DNA of 64,000 nucleotides from Dehalococcoidia bacterium (GTDB lineage Bacteria > Chloroflexota > Dehalococcoidia > UBA2979): NCBI GenBank assembly GCA_965219085.1, contig OZ244720.1:451684-515683 (forward strand), in the 5' to 3' direction. Below the pieces are notes generated by a model. It worked only from the letters and a program-made list of their open reading frames with translations. It made no database searches and had not been told where the DNA came from. The position numbers and the translations under genes were made by a program. Position 1 is the stretch's first letter, and every line of letters starts with the position of its first letter. Positions 48,285 to 57,598 of this stretch are shown in pieces.

Positions 48285-48599
48285 ATGGAGCGAAAGGAAC
48301 GAACGGACGCGCTCGCATTCCTTGACGAGATGCGTGCGAACGACCCCGAACTGCAAGCCGAGTATGAGCGGCTCGGACCGCGGTTCGAGTTGATCAGCGC
48401 ACTGATCGGCGCTCGCCAGCGGGCTGGGCTCAGCCAGGGCGAACTCGCGAAGCGCATGGGGCGCAGCCAGGCGGTCGTGTCGCGGCTGGAGTCGGCCGAA
48501 CACTCACCACGGATCGAGACCCTGCTTGAGTACGTCGAGGCGTGCGGACACCGCATCGAGTTCAGAATCGTCGAGAGCGGAGAACCCTCCGCGCCGTAG
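48285..48599 (+). CDS. XRE-family HTH antitoxin (HigA-like)
   Basis: ATG 48285 with GAGGGAG RBS; HTH LSQGELAKRMGRSQAVVSRLE. Confidence 0.7.
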   Translation: MERKERTDALAFLDEMRANDPELQAEYERLGPRFELISALIGARQRAGLSQGELAKRMGRSQAVVSRLESAEHSPRIETLLEYVEACGHRIEFRIVESGEPSAP

Positions 48600-48628
48600 C
48601 GAGCGGCCGGCGCGCGCTCGGCTCGCCG

Positions 48629-49357
48629 CTAGTCGCTGAGCGCCAGCGCCAGCCGCGCGTCGATGCTCCGCAGCGCCGCCTCGGCGGTCGAGATGCCCTC
48701 GCGCTCAGCGACGCGCAGCAGCTCCAGCGTGGTTGCTCCGACGCGCTCGATCAGATCTTCGGGCGATGCCGAGCCGGTCGCGTAGTCCACGCCGACGAGG
48801 ATGGCGCCACCGGCGTTCACCACGTAGTCCGGCGCGTACGCGATCCCGCGTTGCGCGAGCAGCTCGGCGTCGGCGGGGTCGCGCAGCAGCTGGTTGTTCG
48901 CGCCACAGCAGACGATGCGGCAGCGCAACTCCGGGATCGTCGACGCGTTGAGCACACCGCCGAGCGCGTTCGGCGAGAACACGTCGCACGGCTGCGCGTA
49001 CGCACCGTCGAGGGCGACCGGCTCGGCGCCGATCTCGTTCGCCAGGGGGACGGCGATCTCATCGTAGAGGTCCGTGACCGCCACATTGGCGCCCTCGGCG
49101 GCCGCGCGGCGCGCGACCGCGCCGCCGACCTTCCCAACGCCGATGACCACGATGCGCCGCCCGGCCAGCGCGCCGTCTCCGACGACGGCTTGCAGTGAGG
49201 CGCGCATCCCGTTGAGCACGGTCCGCACCGTCGGCTCCGCCGTGTCCTTGACGACCTCGCGGGCCGCACTGAGGCCCACGACATGCGACGTCTGCGGGCG
49301 ATCAACGGCAGCTCATCGAGAGCCGTGCCCACGTCCGTGCCGGTCACATAGCGCCCG
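48629..49357 (-). pseudogene. Glu/Leu/Phe/Val dehydrogenase, C-terminal (NAD-binding) fragment, truncated by IS insertion and internally frameshifted
   Basis: GVGKVGGAVARRAAAEGANVAVTDL Rossmann and ...GRYVTGTDVGT immediately at IS boundary; extra 1-nt frameshift near 49290. Confidence 0.7.
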
Positions 49358-49435
49358 TGACCTGACCCCTTGAAACGGGACCACCGTTGATGAGAGTCCT
49401 TTGGCCCATGAAAGTGGGCAGAGGAGGACATCACG

Positions 49436-49714
49436 GTGAAACGACGCAGGCACACGCCCGAGCAGATCGTGCGCAAGCTGCGCGAGGTGGAGCGGCTGCT
49501 CGGTGAGGGGCAGACGATCGCCGAGGCGGCGAAGCAGGTCGAGATCTCGGAGCAGACCTACCACCGCTGGCGCAACCAGTACGGCGCGATGAAGGCCGAC
49601 GACGCCAAACGGCTACGCGAGCTGGAGCGCGAGAACGTCCGGCTGAAGCGGATCGTCGCCGACAAGGAACTCGAGATCGACGCGCTCAAGGAGATCGCCC
49701 GGGGAAACTGGTAA
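49436..49714 (+). CDS. IS3-family transposase OrfA (HTH)
   Basis: MKRRRHTPEQIVRKLREVERLLGEGQTIAEAAKQVEISEQTYHRWRNQYG... Confidence 0.85.
   Translation: MKRRRHTPEQIVRKLREVERLLGEGQTIAEAAKQVEISEQTYHRWRNQYGAMKADDAKRLRELERENVRLKRIVADKELEIDALKEIARGNW
49700..49708 (+). other. putative -1 programmed ribosomal frameshift site for OrfAB fusion
   Basis: X XXY YYZ heptamer G GGA AAC 4 nt before orfA stop; orfB frame is -1. Confidence 0.4.
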
Positions 49715-49923
49715 GCCCGTCGCGCCGGCGCGAGGCAGTCTGCATGTTGCAGGACCGCCTCGAGTTGTCGGAACGGCGGGCATGCCGGGTCACCGGCCAG
49801 CACCGCTCCACACAGCGCCGCCTCCCGACGCGCGGCCGCGGCGACGACGCGCTGCGCGCGGAACCCCACGCCTTCTCGCGTGGCCACCCCCGCTGGGGCT
49901 ACCGCCGGGCCTGGGCGACCTTA
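49703..49923 (+). pseudogene. IS3-family OrfB N-terminal fragment (interrupted by IS1380 element)
   Basis: ...LSERRACRVTGQHRSTQRR...HPRWGYRRAWATL then insertion. Confidence 0.6.
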
Positions 49924-51514
49924 CCCCGAAGCCACCGATCGAAGCTTGACGGGCGGGCTGCCGGGCTGGCGGAGAGTTCGGCGGGTGTGCCGTGGTGCGC
50001 CAGGCGGTGCCGGGGGCGGGCCGGAGCGAGGAGCCGGCGCTCAGCGCGGCTCGGGGGCGCTGAGAGCGCGGGCGCGAGGGTGCGCGAGGCGTGCGCGGGC
50101 ATGCTGGCGCGAGGCTCGGACCCGGGCCGGCGCTGTGAGCGCGCGTCAGGCCGGGAGCGGAAGCGCCCGTAACCGCGCCAGGGCGGCTGCCCACTGCCCG
50201 GCCCAGGGCCAGCGCTTCGGGAGGTGCAGGGTCGTCACGATTCCCTCGCCGAGCCCGAGCCGCGCCGTCCAGCGGGCGAGGTTGTGCGCGATCACCTGCA
50301 CCGCGAGCCATGCCGCGTTCGCGGCGAAGCGGCCCGAGGGGAGATGGTTGAGCCCGACGCCGTACTTGAGGTCGCGGATCGCGTTCTCGATCTCGGCGTG
50401 ACGGCGATGGTCTGCCTCCAGCTCCAGCAGCTCCCCCGCGCGGTCGCTGATGAAGGCGTGGTAGCTGTAGTCCACGAAGAGCGCGAGCTGTGAGCCGGGC
50501 GTCGGCTGGACGCGCCGCACGATGAGCCGCACCGGGGTGGCGTCCGCCGTGTGCTGGAACGGCGTGTAGGTCGTCTCGGCGACATCGGCGCCGCCCGGCA
50601 GCCAGTACGGGATCGGCGTCCAGTCCTCTTGCGGTATCGCCTCGATCAGCCGGCGCACGCTCGGCTGCTGGCGAATGGTGATCGAGAAGCGGAGATCCTG
50701 CTTGCGGCAGACGGCGACGACGGCGTGGTTGTAGAAGCCGCTGTCGGCTCGCACCGTGAGCTGCCCGCTCGCTCCGGCGTCGCGTACCCGCGCCACCGTC
50801 TCACGCAGGAAGTGTGCGGCCCCCCGTGCGGTGTTGGCGCGGCCCTCGCGCAGCCGCGCCATCAGCACGTCACCCGTCCCGGCCGCCACCGCGAGCAGCG
50901 GGTGATAGCCGCGCACGCCCGTGTAGCCGTGGTGCCGGGCGCCCTCCTTGGCCAGGCCGTAGGTCTCACAGATCGTCGAGTCGAGGTCGATCGTGAACGG
51001 CGCCGCGCCGGGTCCCGCCCCGGCCGCCCATGCGCGGGCGAGCAATGCGCGGCTGACGCGGTCGAGCTGGCGGACGTGGCCCCAGCGGAAGCTGCGCAGG
51101 AAGGTTCCGAGGGTGGACGGCGCCTTGACCGTGCAACCCAGCACGCTCGCCGTCCCGCCGGCGCGCAAGGCAGCGGCGTCGTCGATGCAGTCGCCGCCCG
51201 CGAGCGCCGAGGCGACCAGGGTCAGCAGCTTGTCGCCGGCGTTCGCGCGCCCCGCTGCGTCACCGAGGTCGAGGTGGGCGTCCGCCAGTGCACGGAGGCC
51301 GAGCCGGCCAGCGAGCGTGGCGGGGAGCAGCAGGCCTGCGTGGTCCACGAGGCGGTCGTCGCCTGAGGCGATGTCTATCCGGTCGGGGTTACTCGCTGCT
51401 AGCATCGAATGGGTGCTCCTGTGGCTGTGACGTGAATTCTCAAAACCCATTGTCCCAGCTACAGCGGAGCACCCAACCGCAGCCCCTCGCCCGCTCTTCT
51501 TCGGTGGATCAGGG
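49924..51514 (-). mobile_element. IS1380-family insertion sequence (1591 bp)
   Basis: Imperfect terminal IRs CCCCGAAGCCACCGA / CCCTGATCCACCGA; 4-bp target duplication CTTA (49920-49923 and 51515-51518). Confidence 0.8.
50146..51450 (-). CDS. IS1380-family DDE transposase
   Basis: 434 aa, ...RFAANAAWLAVQVIAHNLARW and SITIRQQ motifs typical of IS1380. Confidence 0.85.
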   Translation of the reverse strand: MGFENSRHSHRSTHSMLAASNPDRIDIASGDDRLVDHAGLLLPATLAGRLGLRALADAHLDLGDAAGRANAGDKLLTLVASALAGGDCIDDAAALRAGGTASVLGCTVKAPSTLGTFLRSFRWGHVRQLDRVSRALLARAWAAGAGPGAAPFTIDLDSTICETYGLAKEGARHHGYTGVRGYHPLLAVAAGTGDVLMARLREGRANTARGAAHFLRETVARVRDAGASGQLTVRADSGFYNHAVVAVCRKQDLRFSITIRQQPSVRRLIEAIPQEDWTPIPYWLPGGADVAETTYTPFQHTADATPVRLIVRRVQPTPGSQLALFVDYSYHAFISDRAGELLELEADHRRHAEIENAIRDLKYGVGLNHLPSGRFAANAAWLAVQVIAHNLARWTARLGLGEGIVTTLHLPKRWPWAGQWAAALARLRALPLPA

Positions 51515-51518
51515 CTTA

Positions 51519-52163
51519 CGCGAGGAGGGCTGGGGCGTGAATCGCAAGCGGGTGCAACGGCTCTGGCGTGAAGAAGGGCTGCGCGTCCCGGTGAAACGAC
51601 GCAAGCGTCAGCGCCTGGGGGACTCGGCGGTGCCCGCCGCCAGGCTGCGCGCTGAGCGGCCGAACCACGTCTGGGCGCTGGACTTCCAGTTCGACCAGAC
51701 CGCGGACGGGCGGGTCCTGAAGCTGCTCAACATCGTCGACGAGCACACACGGGAGGCGCTGGCGATCGTGGCCGCCAGGAGCATCAACGCCGACGCCACG
51801 GCCTCAACGCTCGACGGGATCGTCGCCCGGCGCGGGACGGCGCCTGGGTACATCCGCTGCGACAACGGACCTGAGCTCACGGCCAACGCCCTCCGCGACT
51901 GGTGCCGGTTCAGCGGTACGGGCAGCAGCTACATCGAGCCCGGTGCGCCGTGGGAGAACCCGTACGTCGAGTCGTTCAACGGCCGGCTGCGCGACGAGTT
52001 CCTGGCGGTCGAGCAGTTCGACAGCCTGCTCGAGGCGCAGGTGCTGCTCGAGGACTGGCGGATCGAGTACAACACGAAGCGCCCGCATAGCAGCCTGGGC
52101 TGGCTCGCCCCGGCTGCCTACGCCGAGCGCTGGGAGACTCAGCTACACGCTGGACTCTCATAA
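51519..52163 (+). pseudogene. IS3-family OrfB C-terminal fragment (integrase catalytic core)
   Basis: Resumes ...REEGWGVNRKRVQRLWREEGL...; DDE rve domain to stop at 52163. Confidence 0.7.
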
Positions 52164-52192
52164 GCGGTGGACTCGCGAAGGGGGTCCGGTCA

Positions 52193-52641
52193 CCCGCCCA
52201 GCCGCTCGACGAAGCGGCCGTAGGCGGCGAGCTGGTCGGGGGTCTTGGTCGCGGCGTCCCCGATGATCACCGCCTTGCCGCCGTCGCAGTCGAGGCCCGA
52301 GACCGCCATCTTGGCCGTCATGGCCGCCGACAGCCGGAGCACGTCGATCAGCGCCTCACCCACGTCCTCGTAAGGCTGCCAACGCGCCCCGCCCAGACCA
52401 GGGCCGAGGACGGTCGAGTGCAGCGCAATCAGCGCCCTGAGCCCGGACGGCGGGTCGTGATGGTAGTAGACCGCCTCGTGGCGATCGGGGTCGCATGGGC
52501 GACCCGCACGGGCACCGTCACCACCGGGGATTGCGTCGACGTCCAGCGCAACAGGTGCGCATCGAGCACCTCCGCCGGGCCGAGCAGCCGTTCGAGCGCG
52601 AGTCGATCCTCAAGCGGGTCTGGTCCGTCGGTTGTTGCCAT
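52193..52641 (-). pseudogene. Glu/Leu/Phe/Val dehydrogenase, N-terminal fragment (other side of IS insertion)
   Basis: ...SGLRALIALHSTVLGPGLGGARW...GLDCDGGKAVIIGDAATKTPDQLAAYGRFVERLGG ending at IS boundary; N-terminus further frameshifted. Confidence 0.6.
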
Positions 52642-52659
52642 ACCTACTTCAGCACGCGG

Positions 52660-53226
52660 CTACCTCTGGCCGAGCTCAGGCGGCAGCCCGCTCCGCGACG
52701 CGCCGCCCTTGCCCAGCAACTGGCGCAGCAGGTGGATGTAGCCGAGGTGCTGGTTGCCGTGCGAGACGACGACCTGGCCCAGCATCGCGGCGCGCGACAC
52801 CTCGAGCATCTCGCCCTCGATGCGCGCGCTCGCCGTCACGGCGAGGAACTCGTCGTCCATCGTCTCGATCTTCGCGACCACGGCCTCCGCGGTGTCGCGG
52901 CAGTAGCGCTCGAGGCTCTCGACATGCGGGAAGCGCATCGCCTGCACGTCGGCGAGGTCCATGCCGGTGCCCTGCTCGTTACGCGGGAAATCCCACGCCT
53001 GCGCCAGCCCCTGCTGCCCCCAGACCGGGCGCTCCCGGTAGAACACGAAGTGCACGATGTTGTCGGCCGAGCGCAAGACGTGCCACGCGTTGAACCCGAT
53101 CGACGTGCTGTCCTCGATCGGGAGGGCATGGAGCTCGTCGAGGGTGAGGTCGCCGAGGCTGTCGGTGATCTCGGTGAGCACCCGCCGGACCAGCCGCGAG
53201 TACTCACCGGCCAGCACGTTCGACAT
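52660..53226 (-). CDS. DinB family protein
   Basis: 188 aa four-helix-bundle DinB_2-like sequence. Confidence 0.75.
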   Translation of the reverse strand: MSNVLAGEYSRLVRRVLTEITDSLGDLTLDELHALPIEDSTSIGFNAWHVLRSADNIVHFVFYRERPVWGQQGLAQAWDFPRNEQGTGMDLADVQAMRFPHVESLERYCRDTAEAVVAKIETMDDEFLAVTASARIEGEMLEVSRAAMLGQVVVSHGNQHLGYIHLLRQLLGKGGASRSGLPPELGQR

Positions 53227-53255
53227 CGGCGCCGCGTTCCTCCCCTGGTCTCGGG

Positions 53256-53906
53256 CTACTCGCCGTTGAGCTTCGGAACCTTGAGCTGCTCCATCACGCG
53301 CTCGAAGACCTCGTACTCCTGTGCGCCGACGACGGCGTAGCGCTCGTTCAGGATGAACGTCGGCACGCCCGTCACGCCGATCGACTGCGCCCAGGTGATG
53401 CCGTTGTCGACCTGCTGGCGGTAGCGCCCGGTCTCGAGGGCGTCGCGCAGGTCATCGGCATCGAGGCCCGTCTCGTTGCCGATCTGCAGCAGGGTGTCGA
53501 GGTCGCCGAGGTTGCCGTCCTCCTCGAAGTGGGTGCGGAACAGTGCGCGGTGTAGCTCATCGCCGTCGTGGCCGTGTTCCTGCGCGTACTCGGCGGTCTC
53601 GAGCGAGAGGTGCGAGTTCGGCGTGTAGGTGCGGCCGCGCTTGAAGGTGATGCCGGCCTGCTGGCCGCGCAGTTCGAGCGCGGATGGGGGGTCACCGGGC
53701 TTGGTGTAGGGCTCGCGGCTGCGACCCTCGGGCGGGATCGACGGGTCGAGCAGGAAGGGCGCCCAGCGCACGTCCATGTCGTACTCCTGCCGCAGCTTCT
53801 CGACCTCCACGAGGCCGACATAACACCACGGTCAGATGAAGTCGGAGACGATGATGAGCGAGGTGCGGTGCTCCTCGGCGTCGGTGTTGAGTTCGTCGGT
53901 GGTCAT
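53256..53906 (-). CDS. DsbA/FrnE-like thiol:disulfide oxidoreductase, selenocysteine-containing (U-P-W-C)
   Basis: ATG at 53906 with GGGAGGG RBS; MTTDELNTDAEEHRTSLIIVSDFI-U-PWCYVGLVE...: TGA (53832-53834) sits exactly at first Cys of the CPWCYIG DsbA motif; ORF track reports only from 53810. Confidence 0.7.
53801..53817 (-). promoter_or_regulatory. candidate bacterial SECIS hairpin for DsbA-like UGA
   Basis: CGGCCUC gug GAGGUCG 7-bp stem (one G-U) with GUG loop, 14 nt after UGA. Confidence 0.3.
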
Positions 53907-54134
53907 GGAGGGGCCCTCCCGCGGTTGCGCGCCCCAGTGTAGCGCGCTTCTCGCTGTTGTCAGCGTCCCCACGCCTCGCGCAGTCCCGTTATGATGGCGC
54001 CGTGTGAGGCCCGCCGGGCCTTCGAGGGGGGAGATCGCCTAGAAGCACATACGGCAGGGTCAACGCGCCGCGTCGTCACGACGCGTCAACGGGTTGAGCG
54101 TAACGCGAAGAACGCACGTAAGGAGTGCCAGAGC

Positions 54135-54926
54135 ATGGCTGTGAAGACTTTCGAGCTGATCGACTACGAGGTCCGTGATCGGACCGCATGGATCACCATC
54201 AACAACGCCGAACGCATGAACGCGCTGAGTATCGGCGTGGTGAACGGTCTGTACGACGCCTTCGAGGAATTCACGAACGACGATGACGCGCTGGTCGCCG
54301 TCCTGATCGGTGGTGGCGGTCGTGCGTTCTGTGCAGGCGCGGACCTCGTCGCGATGACACAGCGCGACCAGACCGAGGGGCAGGGTGCGCCGGCTCCGAC
54401 ACGCCCGGGGCTGGAGGCCGTCTCCGAATGCCCGAAGCCAATCATCGCGGCCATCGATGGCTACGCACTGGCCGGTGGGATGCAGCTCTCGAGCCGCTGC
54501 GACATCCGCATCGCGACCGAGAAGTCGCGGGTGGGTATGCCCGAGGTACGACGCTCCCTCGTCGCCGTCGGCATGGTCGACACGGCCGAGCGCTACGTGC
54601 CGCGCGGCGAGGCGATGTGGATCCTGCTGACCGCGGACCACATGACCGCCGAGCGCGCCTACGACATCGGCTTCCTGCAGGCGCTGGTACCGGACCGCGA
54701 CGCGCTCATCGTAGAGGCGGAGCGCGTGGCCGGTGAGATCAAGAAGAACGCGCCACTGGCGGTGGCGGCGGTCAAGCGGACCATCCTCCAGACCAGCCAC
54801 ATGTCGCCGCTGGACGCGATCCACCTCCGCAACGCCCTCAACGAGAAGGTGGAGCAGAGCGAGGACCGGATGGAGGGCCCCAAGGCCTTCGCCGAGAAGC
54901 GCGACCCCGTCTGGAAGATGCGCTAG
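54135..54926 (+). CDS. enoyl-CoA hydratase/isomerase family protein
   Basis: ATG 54135 behind AAGGAG; crotonase fold. Confidence 0.8.
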   Translation: MAVKTFELIDYEVRDRTAWITINNAERMNALSIGVVNGLYDAFEEFTNDDDALVAVLIGGGGRAFCAGADLVAMTQRDQTEGQGAPAPTRPGLEAVSECPKPIIAAIDGYALAGGMQLSSRCDIRIATEKSRVGMPEVRRSLVAVGMVDTAERYVPRGEAMWILLTADHMTAERAYDIGFLQALVPDRDALIVEAERVAGEIKKNAPLAVAAVKRTILQTSHMSPLDAIHLRNALNEKVEQSEDRMEGPKAFAEKRDPVWKMR

Positions 54927-55111
54927 ACGATTCCCACCGGAGCGGTGTCCGCGGCGGGACGCCGCTCCACCACGGCGGAGGCAGCCGTCCGGGTTCCCCG
55001 GGCGGCCGCTTCCGCCGGACCACCTTCGCCCGCCTGGCGGGGGAGGAGCACTTCGTTCGAGCAGGCGACGAGGTCGCCGGCCGCCGCTAGCGGCGGCGTG
55101 AGGAGGGCGCC

Positions 55112-57586
55112 ATGACCGGGCCATTCGAGGCGCTGCGGGTCATCGATCTCAGCAGCGGACAAGCGGGCGGCGTCACCACCATGGTGCTGGCCGACTTCGG
55201 GGCCGACGTGATCAAGGTCGAGCCCCCCGGCGGCGACCCCGGGCGTGCCGAGCCAGCCAGCCCGATGTGGCTGCGCGGCAAGCGCAGCGTCGAGCTCGAC
55301 CTCTCCGATGGCGCCGACCGCGGCCGCCTGCATGCGCTCGTGCGCGGCGCCGACGTGGTCGTGGCCTCGTTCGCGCCCGGCGAGGCCGAGGCGGCCGAGG
55401 CCGATTACGCGACGCTGTCCGCGCTGAACCCCGGCCTCGTCTACTGCTCGATCACGGGCTGGGGCTCCACCGGCCCGTACGCCCACTACCCGGCCGACGA
55501 GCGGCTCGTCGCCGCGAAGTCCGGCCGCATGCAGTCCTTTGCCGGCGTCGTGCGCCGCGATGGCCCGTCCTTTGGGGCGGTGCGCATCGGCACGCACGCC
55601 GCAACGCAGTCCGCGATCGCGGGCATCCTCGGCGCACTGCTCGTGCGCGACAAGCTCGGTTCCGGCCAGCTCGTCGAGACGAGCCTGCTGCGCGGAATGC
55701 TCCCGTACGACTTCCGCACGCTGCTCTCCGAGCAGCTCACGCCGCGCTACCCCGAGCTGCTGGACGCCGATCCCTATGCCCGCTTCGACGCGGACACCCA
55801 GCCGATGCTCGGCTACCAGCCGGTGATGGCGAAGGACGGGCGCTGGATCCAGTTCGCGAACCTGCTCGAACACCTCGTGCAGTCCAGCCTCGTCGCGATG
55901 GACCTTGCCGAGGAGCTGTTCGGCAACCCGCGCTACGCCGGCACGCCGAACGCGCTCACCGATGAGGCGCGCGAGGAGGTCCGCAACATCATGCTCGAGC
56001 GCGTCCGCGAGCGGACGGCTGCCGAGTGGATGGAGGCATTCAGCACGAACGGCAACGTCGCCGCCGAGATCGTCGGCACGGCCCAGGAGGCGCTGTACCA
56101 CGCCGACATGGAGGTGAACCGCGAGGTCGTCGACATGGAGCACCCCGACCTCGGCACGGTGCGGCAGCTCGGCCTGCTGGCGCGGCTGACCGCGACGCCG
56201 GGCGAGGTAGGCGGACCCGGCCCGCAGCCGGGCGAGCACACCTCCGAGGTGCTGGCGGAGCCGCCGCGAGCCGCGTGGTCGCGCCCGTCGACGAACGGCT
56301 CGCCGCCCGCGCACCCGCTCGAGGGCGTCACGGTGCTGGAGTTCGCGACGATCATCGCCGCGCCGCTCGGCGCATCGCTGCTGGGTGACATGGGCGCGCG
56401 CGTGATCAAGGTCGAGCCTGTGGACGGCGGGGACCCCATTCGCGGGTTCGGCGCCGGTCTGGGCGCCACCTTCGGGGCGTCCAAGACGACCGCCTCGAAG
56501 GAGAGCATCTGCATCGACCTCAAGTCCGAGCGAGGCCAGGAGATTGTCAGCCGCCTGATTGAGCGCGCGGACGTGATCGTCCACAACTACCGGCCCGGCG
56601 TGCCGGAGCGGCTCGCCATCGGCTACGAGCAGGCGAAGGCGATCAAGCCCGACATCGTGTGGGTGAGCGTGAACGGCTACGGCCCGGACGGGCCGGGTGC
56701 GCACCGGCCCTCGGCACACCCGATCCCGGGCGCCGTCTGCGGCGGCGCGCTCATGCAGTCCGGCGTGGAATGGCCGCCCGCCGAGGTCGCCTCGATCGAC
56801 GAACTGCGCGAGGCCTCGCGCTGGTTCTCGCGCGCCAACGAGGGCAACCCGGACCCGAACACGTCGATGTGCGTCGCCACCACGGCGATGCTCGGCCTCA
56901 TGGCCCGTCACCAGACGGGTAAGGGCCAGCGCATCTTCCTCAGCATGCTGGGGGCCAACGGCTACGCGAACGCCGAGGACTTCCTTGCCTACGAGGGCAA
57001 GCCCGACCGGCCGACGCTCGACCCGGCGCTGCATGGCACGTCGGCGCTAAACCGGCTGTACCGCTCGCAGGACGGCTGGGTGTTCCTGGCCGCCGAGGAT
57101 GAGGCGTCGTGGAACGCGCTCGCCTCGGCCGGCGTGAACGGGCTCGGCTCCGACGACCGCTTCGCAACGGCCGAGGGCCGGCGCGAGCACGACACCGCGC
57201 TCGCAGCGGAACTCGAGTCGATGTTCGCCCTGCGCGACGCCGACGAGTGGGAGCGCGACCTGATCGCGGCCGGCGTCGGCTGCGTGAACGCGGGCGGCTA
57301 CGACAGCCCGGGCGCGTTCTTCGTGCACGACGAGCACGCGCAGGCGAACGGCCTGCTCTCCGACGCGCACCACGCGCTGTGGGGCGACTACCAGCGCTGG
57401 GGGCCGCCTGCGACGTTCAGCGCCACGCCGGGCAACCCGCGTGCGGGCGTGCTCGCCGGCGAGCACACCGACGAGTTGCTGGCCGAGGCCGGCTACAGCC
57501 CGTCGGAGATCGAGGCGCTGCGCACCGACGACGTCGTGTGGTCCGAAGTGCCGATGGAGCTCCCGGAACCGGCGACCGTGGCATAG
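55112..57586 (+). CDS. tandem-fused CoA-transferase family III (CaiB/BaiF) protein
   Basis: Two complete CaiB/BaiF-like halves (MTGPFEALRVIDLS... and ...LEGVTVLEFATIIAAP...) in one 824-aa ORF. Confidence 0.85.
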   Translation: MTGPFEALRVIDLSSGQAGGVTTMVLADFGADVIKVEPPGGDPGRAEPASPMWLRGKRSVELDLSDGADRGRLHALVRGADVVVASFAPGEAEAAEADYATLSALNPGLVYCSITGWGSTGPYAHYPADERLVAAKSGRMQSFAGVVRRDGPSFGAVRIGTHAATQSAIAGILGALLVRDKLGSGQLVETSLLRGMLPYDFRTLLSEQLTPRYPELLDADPYARFDADTQPMLGYQPVMAKDGRWIQFANLLEHLVQSSLVAMDLAEELFGNPRYAGTPNALTDEAREEVRNIMLERVRERTAAEWMEAFSTNGNVAAEIVGTAQEALYHADMEVNREVVDMEHPDLGTVRQLGLLARLTATPGEVGGPGPQPGEHTSEVLAEPPRAAWSRPSTNGSPPAHPLEGVTVLEFATIIAAPLGASLLGDMGARVIKVEPVDGGDPIRGFGAGLGATFGASKTTASKESICIDLKSERGQEIVSRLIERADVIVHNYRPGVPERLAIGYEQAKAIKPDIVWVSVNGYGPDGPGAHRPSAHPIPGAVCGGALMQSGVEWPPAEVASIDELREASRWFSRANEGNPDPNTSMCVATTAMLGLMARHQTGKGQRIFLSMLGANGYANAEDFLAYEGKPDRPTLDPALHGTSALNRLYRSQDGWVFLAAEDEASWNALASAGVNGLGSDDRFATAEGRREHDTALAAELESMFALRDADEWERDLIAAGVGCVNAGGYDSPGAFFVHDEHAQANGLLSDAHHALWGDYQRWGPPATFSATPGNPRAGVLAGEHTDELLAEAGYSPSEIEALRTDDVVWSEVPMELPEPATVA

Positions 57587-57598
57587 CGAGGACTTGCC

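Larger units (their letters stand above)
49358..52192 (+). mobile_element. IS3-family insertion sequence (about 1.24 kb own length) carrying a nested IS1380-family element
   Basis: Left end TGACCTGACCCCTTGAAACGGGACC, right end GGGGGTCCGGTCA (inverted match); flanked by CCCG direct repeat; orfA + frameshifted orfB. Confidence 0.8.

Noticed and set aside
49790-50585. Short ORFs inside the IS1380 element (49790..50311 -, 49880..50401 +, 50224..50493 +, 50292..50585 -, 50551..51366 +)
   Set aside because: Overlap the well-supported 434-aa IS1380 transposase in other frames.
52418-53340. ORFs 52418..52741 +, 52495..53340 +, 52632..53093 +
   Set aside because: Antisense to the dehydrogenase N-fragment and the DinB gene; biased composition.
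54060-57034. 354-aa ORF 54060..55124 - and 703-aa ORF 54923..57034 -
   Set aside because: Antisense artefacts across the crotonase and CoA-transferase genes.
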